Origin: Betaproteobacteria bacterium
GTDB lineage: Bacteria; Pseudomonadota; Gammaproteobacteria; Burkholderiales; SG8-41
Direction of reading: 5' to 3'
NCBI GenBank assembly: GCA_031427895.1
Contig: JANPOH010000542.1
Coordinates: 1 to 48,234, forward strand
DNA: 48,234 nt
The notes beneath the pieces were generated by a model. That model made no database searches, was not told the DNA's origin, and saw nothing but the letters and a program-made list of their open reading frames with translations. Of the stretch, positions 45,071 through 48,234 are shown in pieces (position 1 is the first letter of the stretch; every line of letters starts with the position of its first letter). The translations under genes and the position numbers were made by a program.

Positions 45071-45346
45071 TTAAACCGCGCGGGATTTTTCCACGAGATT
45101 GATGACGCGCCAAGCCTTGGTTTTGGCGATCGGGCGGCATTCCTCGATGGTGACGGTATCCCCCTCGTGAAACTCATTTTTTTCGTCATGCGCGTGATAC
45201 TTTTTCGAGCGCGTGATGAATTTACCGTACAGCTCGTGCTTAACACGCCGCTCAACCAGGACAGTAACCGTCTTAGCCATTTTGTCGCTGACCACTCGGC
45301 CAGTTAGCGTGCGCTTGTTGGCGCTATCATTACCAATGTCGCTCAT
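45071..45346 (-). CDS. rpsQ: 30S ribosomal protein S17
   Basis: ORF track. ...[70 protein letters not shown]. Confidence 0.95.
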   Translation of the reverse strand: MSDIGNDSANKRTLTGRVVSDKMAKTVTVLVERRVKHELYGKFITRSKKYHAHDEKNEFHEGDTVTIEECRPIAKTKAWRVINLVEKSRAV

Positions 45347-45352
45347 ACTGTT

Positions 45353-45544
45353 CTACCCGTTTCCTTTTTCAGTCAGCAAGGTACGCACACGCGCAATATC
45401 GCGCCGCGTCTTGTGTATCTGGCTGGTGTTAGAAAGCTGCTGTGTTGCCTTCTGCATACGCAATGAAAACTGCGCCTTCAGCAACGACTGCAACTCCTGT
45501 TTCAATTCATCCGCGGACTTCCCGCGCAGTTCGCTTACCTTCAT
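45353..45544 (-). CDS. rpmC: 50S ribosomal protein L29
   Basis: ORF track. [57 protein letters not shown]. Confidence 0.95.
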   Translation of the reverse strand: MKVSELRGKSADELKQELQSLLKAQFSLRMQKATQQLSNTSQIHKTRRDIARVRTLLTEKGNG

Positions 45545-45547
45545 GGC

Positions 45548-45964
45548 CTAGCCTCCCACCTGACGATGCACAAATGTGGTCGCAATGGGCAACTTGGCCG
45601 CAGCCAGCCGAAAGGCTTCCTTCGCGGTAACCTCGTTAACCCCGTCCATTTCGTACAACACTTTACCCGGCTGAATCTCAGCGACCCAATACTCCGGATT
45701 CCCCTTGCCGTTGCCCATACGCACTTCGGCCGGCTTGCGTGATATCGGCTTGTCCGGGAATATGCGTATCCAGATACGACCGCCACGCTTGATATGGCGT
45801 GTCATCGCGCGGCGTGCCGCCTCAATTTGGCGCGCGGTCAACCGACCGCGACCGGTAGCCTTCAGGCCAAAATCACCAAAGCTGACTTTGGCGCCACGGG
45901 TCGCAATGCCTTTATTGCGGCCCTTTTGTTCTTTGCGATACTTACGTCTGGATGGCTGTAGCAC
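45548..45964 (-). CDS. rplP: 50S ribosomal protein L16
   Basis: ORF track (GTG start, AGGAG 7 nt upstream). [36 protein letters not shown]... Confidence 0.95.
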   Translation of the reverse strand: MLQPSRRKYRKEQKGRNKGIATRGAKVSFGDFGLKATGRGRLTARQIEAARRAMTRHIKRGGRIWIRIFPDKPISRKPAEVRMGNGKGNPEYWVAEIQPGKVLYEMDGVNEVTAKEAFRLAAAKLPIATTFVHRQVGG

Positions 45965-46679
45965 GTTTCACTCCTGGCTTGCGCGGTTTCCTCGCGGGTG
46001 GCGGGGTATCGGATGGGCCGCCGCCGGGCACGTTCGCCGGCTGCTCGTTCTTGCCCAACACTTCGCCCTGATATACCCACACCTTGATGCCGATGATCCC
46101 GTAGGTGGTCTTGGCTTCTGCAACGCCGTATTGAATACCGGCGCGCAACGTATGCAGCGGCACGCGGCCTTCGCGGTACCACTCGGTACGAGCGATTTCA
46201 ATGCCATTCAAACGTCCGGCGCTCATGATCTTGATGCCCTGTGCACCAAGGCGCATCGCATTGGTAATGGCACGCTTCATTGCGCGGCGGAACATGATAC
46301 GCTTTTGCAATTGCTGGGAAATAGAATCGGCGATCAGTTGCGCGTCCAGTTCGGGCTTGCGAACCTCTTCGATATTGACGTGCACCGGCACGTGCAGCAT
46401 TTTCTGCAACTGCGCCTTCAGCGACTCGATATCCTCGCCCTTCTTGCCGATCACCACGCCCGGACGCGCGCTGTAGATCGTGATCCGCGCATTCTTCGCG
46501 GGACGCTCGATAACGACGCGCGAAACGGCGGCATGTGAAAGCTTCTGCTTGAGGTATTCACGGACTTTCAAGTCTTCGAGCAGCATGCCGGGAAAATGCT
46601 TGCTATTGGCGTACCAGCGGGAAGCCCAGTCGCGTGTGACTGCAAGACGAAAACCCGTTGGATGTATTTTTTGACCCAT
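45942..46679 (-). CDS. rpsC: 30S ribosomal protein S3 (extended Pro/Lys-rich C-terminus overlapping rplP by 23 nt)
   Basis: ORF track. [29 protein letters not shown]...; the tail is [37 protein letters not shown]. Confidence 0.95.
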   Translation of the reverse strand: MGQKIHPTGFRLAVTRDWASRWYANSKHFPGMLLEDLKVREYLKQKLSHAAVSRVVIERPAKNARITIYSARPGVVIGKKGEDIESLKAQLQKMLHVPVHVNIEEVRKPELDAQLIADSISQQLQKRIMFRRAMKRAITNAMRLGAQGIKIMSAGRLNGIEIARTEWYREGRVPLHTLRAGIQYGVAEAKTTYGIIGIKVWVYQGEVLGKNEQPANVPGGGPSDTPPPARKPRKPGVKRATAIQT

Positions 46680-46681
46680 GA

Positions 46682-47020
46682 CTAGTTCCTTCCGTCGCCG
46701 AGCGTCAGATAAATATGGCAGGAGTGCTTGAGCACCCGCATTCCGCGGCCCTTGGCGCGCGCATGAAATCGCTTTAGCACGGGGCCTTTCTCCACGAATA
46801 TGCTGGTGATTTTCAGCTCGTCGATATCCGCGCCATCATTGTGCTCGGCGTTGGCTATCGCCGACTCAAGCACCTTGCGAATAATAGTTGCGCCTTTTTT
46901 GGGCGAGAACTGGAGAATATTTAGTGCATTCTCCACTGCCTGCCCGCGAATCAGATCAGCCACCAGACGGCCTTTCTGGGCTGATAGCCTGACGCCACGC
47001 AGTTTTGCTGTTGTTTGCAT
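46682..47020 (-). CDS. rplV: 50S ribosomal protein L22
   Basis: ORF track. [44 protein letters not shown]... Confidence 0.95.
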   Translation of the reverse strand: MQTTAKLRGVRLSAQKGRLVADLIRGQAVENALNILQFSPKKGATIIRKVLESAIANAEHNDGADIDELKITSIFVEKGPVLKRFHARAKGRGMRVLKHSCHIYLTLGDGRN

Positions 47021-47044
47021 TACGCTCTCCGTTTCCTTGGCTGC

Positions 47045-47356
47045 TTACTTGGCGGATGAGGGTGTCGGCGCGGATTTTTTGTCCGCTGTCGCTCCGCCCG
47101 CCTTGGAGTGCCCCTTGAACGTCCGCGTGTGCGAAAACTCGCCAAGCTTGTGCCCAACCATGTTCTCGGTGATATACACGGGTATATGCTGCTTGCCGTT
47201 ATGCACCGCTATTGTCAGCCCGATAAAATCCGGCAACACCGTTGAACGGCGTGACCATGTTTTGATCGGGCGCTTGTCGGATACCGCGCGCGCCGTCTCC
47301 ACCTTGTGCATCAGGTGATGATCGACGAACGGGCCTTTCTTGATCGAACGTGCCAT
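47045..47356 (-). CDS. rpsS: 30S ribosomal protein S19
   Basis: ORF track. [20 protein letters not shown]...[49 protein letters not shown]. Confidence 0.95.
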   Translation of the reverse strand: MARSIKKGPFVDHHLMHKVETARAVSDKRPIKTWSRRSTVLPDFIGLTIAVHNGKQHIPVYITENMVGHKLGEFSHTRTFKGHSKAGGATADKKSAPTPSSAK

Positions 47357-47374
47357 ATCTACCCCTTATTCCTG

Positions 47375-48208
47375 TTACGCCGAGGCTTTGGAGTTGCGCC
47401 GGCGAACAATCATGCTGTTCGTGCGTTTGACTTTGCGAGTCTTATAGCCCTTGCACATCACGCCCCAAGGACTGACCGGTGCCTGTGCCGCTGCGGTTCT
47501 GCCCTCGCCGCCGCCGTGCGGGTGGTCAATCGGATTCATTGCCACGCCACGAACCGTCGGACGCACACCACGCCAGCGCACGCGCCCAGCCTTGCCGATG
47601 GACTCCAGCGAATGTTCTTCGTTACCCACTTCGCCGATGGTGGCACGGCAGTTCACATGCACTTTGCGAATCTCGCCCGAGCGCAGGCGCAATTGTGCGT
47701 AGTCGCCTTCGCGCGCCAGCAATTGCACCGAGGTGCCGGCGGAGCGAGCCAGTTGTGCGCCCTTGCCCGGCATCATCTCGACGCAGCAAATAGTGCTGCC
47801 GACGGGAACATTGCGTAACGGCAGCGCATTACCCGGCTTGATCGGCGCTTCGGCCCCGGATACCAACTGCGCCCCCGCCGCCAGACCCTTGGTTGCGATA
47901 ACGTACGCTCGCTCGCCATCCGCATAACACAACAAGGCCAGATGCGCGCTGCGGTTGGGATCATATTCAATCCGCTCAACCTTGGCGACAATACCGTCTT
48001 TGTTACGACGGAAATCGACCATGCGATAGTGTTGCTTGTGGCCACCGCCTTGATGACGCATGGTGATGCGACCGTGCTGATTACGCCCCGCTTTCTTGGA
48101 TTGACTGTCCAGAAGAGACGCCACCGGCTTGCCTTTGTGCAGGCCCGGCGTCACCACCTTGACTAATCCGCGACGTCCGGGAGAAGTCGGTTTGACTTTG
48201 ACTAGCAT
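47375..48208 (-). CDS. rplB: 50S ribosomal protein L2
   Basis: ORF track. ...KPTSPGRRG...GGGHKQHYR...[34 protein letters not shown]...[18 protein letters not shown]. Confidence 0.95.
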   Translation of the reverse strand: MLVKVKPTSPGRRGLVKVVTPGLHKGKPVASLLDSQSKKAGRNQHGRITMRHQGGGHKQHYRMVDFRRNKDGIVAKVERIEYDPNRSAHLALLCYADGERAYVIATKGLAAGAQLVSGAEAPIKPGNALPLRNVPVGSTICCVEMMPGKGAQLARSAGTSVQLLAREGDYAQLRLRSGEIRKVHVNCRATIGEVGNEEHSLESIGKAGRVRWRGVRPTVRGVAMNPIDHPHGGGEGRTAAAQAPVSPWGVMCKGYKTRKVKRTNSMIVRRRNSKASA

Positions 48209-48234
48209 TACTTGTTCTCCCCTTCGGCAAAATT
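48208..48234 (-). CDS. rplW: 50S ribosomal protein L23, last 8 codons only (5' part outside the window)
   Basis: Minus strand reads ...NFAEGENK*, with the TAA overlapping the rplB ATG (TAATG). The call rests on conserved gene order (rplW precedes rplB) and the L23-like ending; too short to verify independently. Confidence 0.5.
   Translation of the reverse strand, partial: NFAEGENK

Noticed and set aside
1-48234. Searched for CRISPR arrays, integrases or transposases, phage genes, restriction-modification or other defence genes, and rRNA or tRNA genes.
   Set aside because: None found. All long ORFs are accounted for by metabolic, housekeeping or ribosomal families or their remnants. Regularly spaced repeats longer than 22 bp are absent.

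Overview
GC-rich chromosomal window, probably from a betaproteobacterium. That assignment is inferred from several Bug/TctC-family periplasmic binding-protein paralogs and the secY-infA-rpmJ-rpsM gene order. It has three parts. (1) 1-24 kb is an accessory/metabolic stretch. It opens with a toxin-antitoxin cluster at the left edge (RHH antitoxin, ParE toxin, HTH antidote). It then carries three intact Bug/TctC genes and two Bug remnants, an NHL-propeller gene, a BNR gene, HAD hydrolases, a cytochrome c5-BON fusion, an acyl-CoA synthetase, pirin, egtD, pbpG, a TctD/TctE-like two-component pair and an Atm1-type ABC exporter. Disrupted genes are unusually frequent here: frameshift, amber codon, internal deletion and fragment fusions. 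(2) 24-36 kb is housekeeping: nadA, nudB, a secreted RNase/barstar pair, aspS, DUF502, fmdB-like, ssb, MFS, uvrA and glycerate 2-kinase. (3) 36-48 kb is the conserved ribosomal-protein cluster (rplW...rplQ, including secY, infA, rpoA) on the minus strand. I found no rRNA, tRNA, CRISPR array, prophage, IS element or recognisable defence island, and no convincing novel multi-gene system. The most unusual signal is at the DNA level. An AT-rich dispersed repeat (core TAAGTATTTGTTTTTA) has at least 7 near-exact and about 4 degenerate copies on both strands. Nearly all sit at gene boundaries, several at pseudogene or deletion junctions, and two supply the start codons of secreted proteins. Short tandem repeats occupy several intergenic spacers, one of them inside the alpha operon. 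Ribosomal protein L5 carries an unusual 52-aa basic N-terminal extension. All family calls come from reading the translated sequences; no database searches were run.
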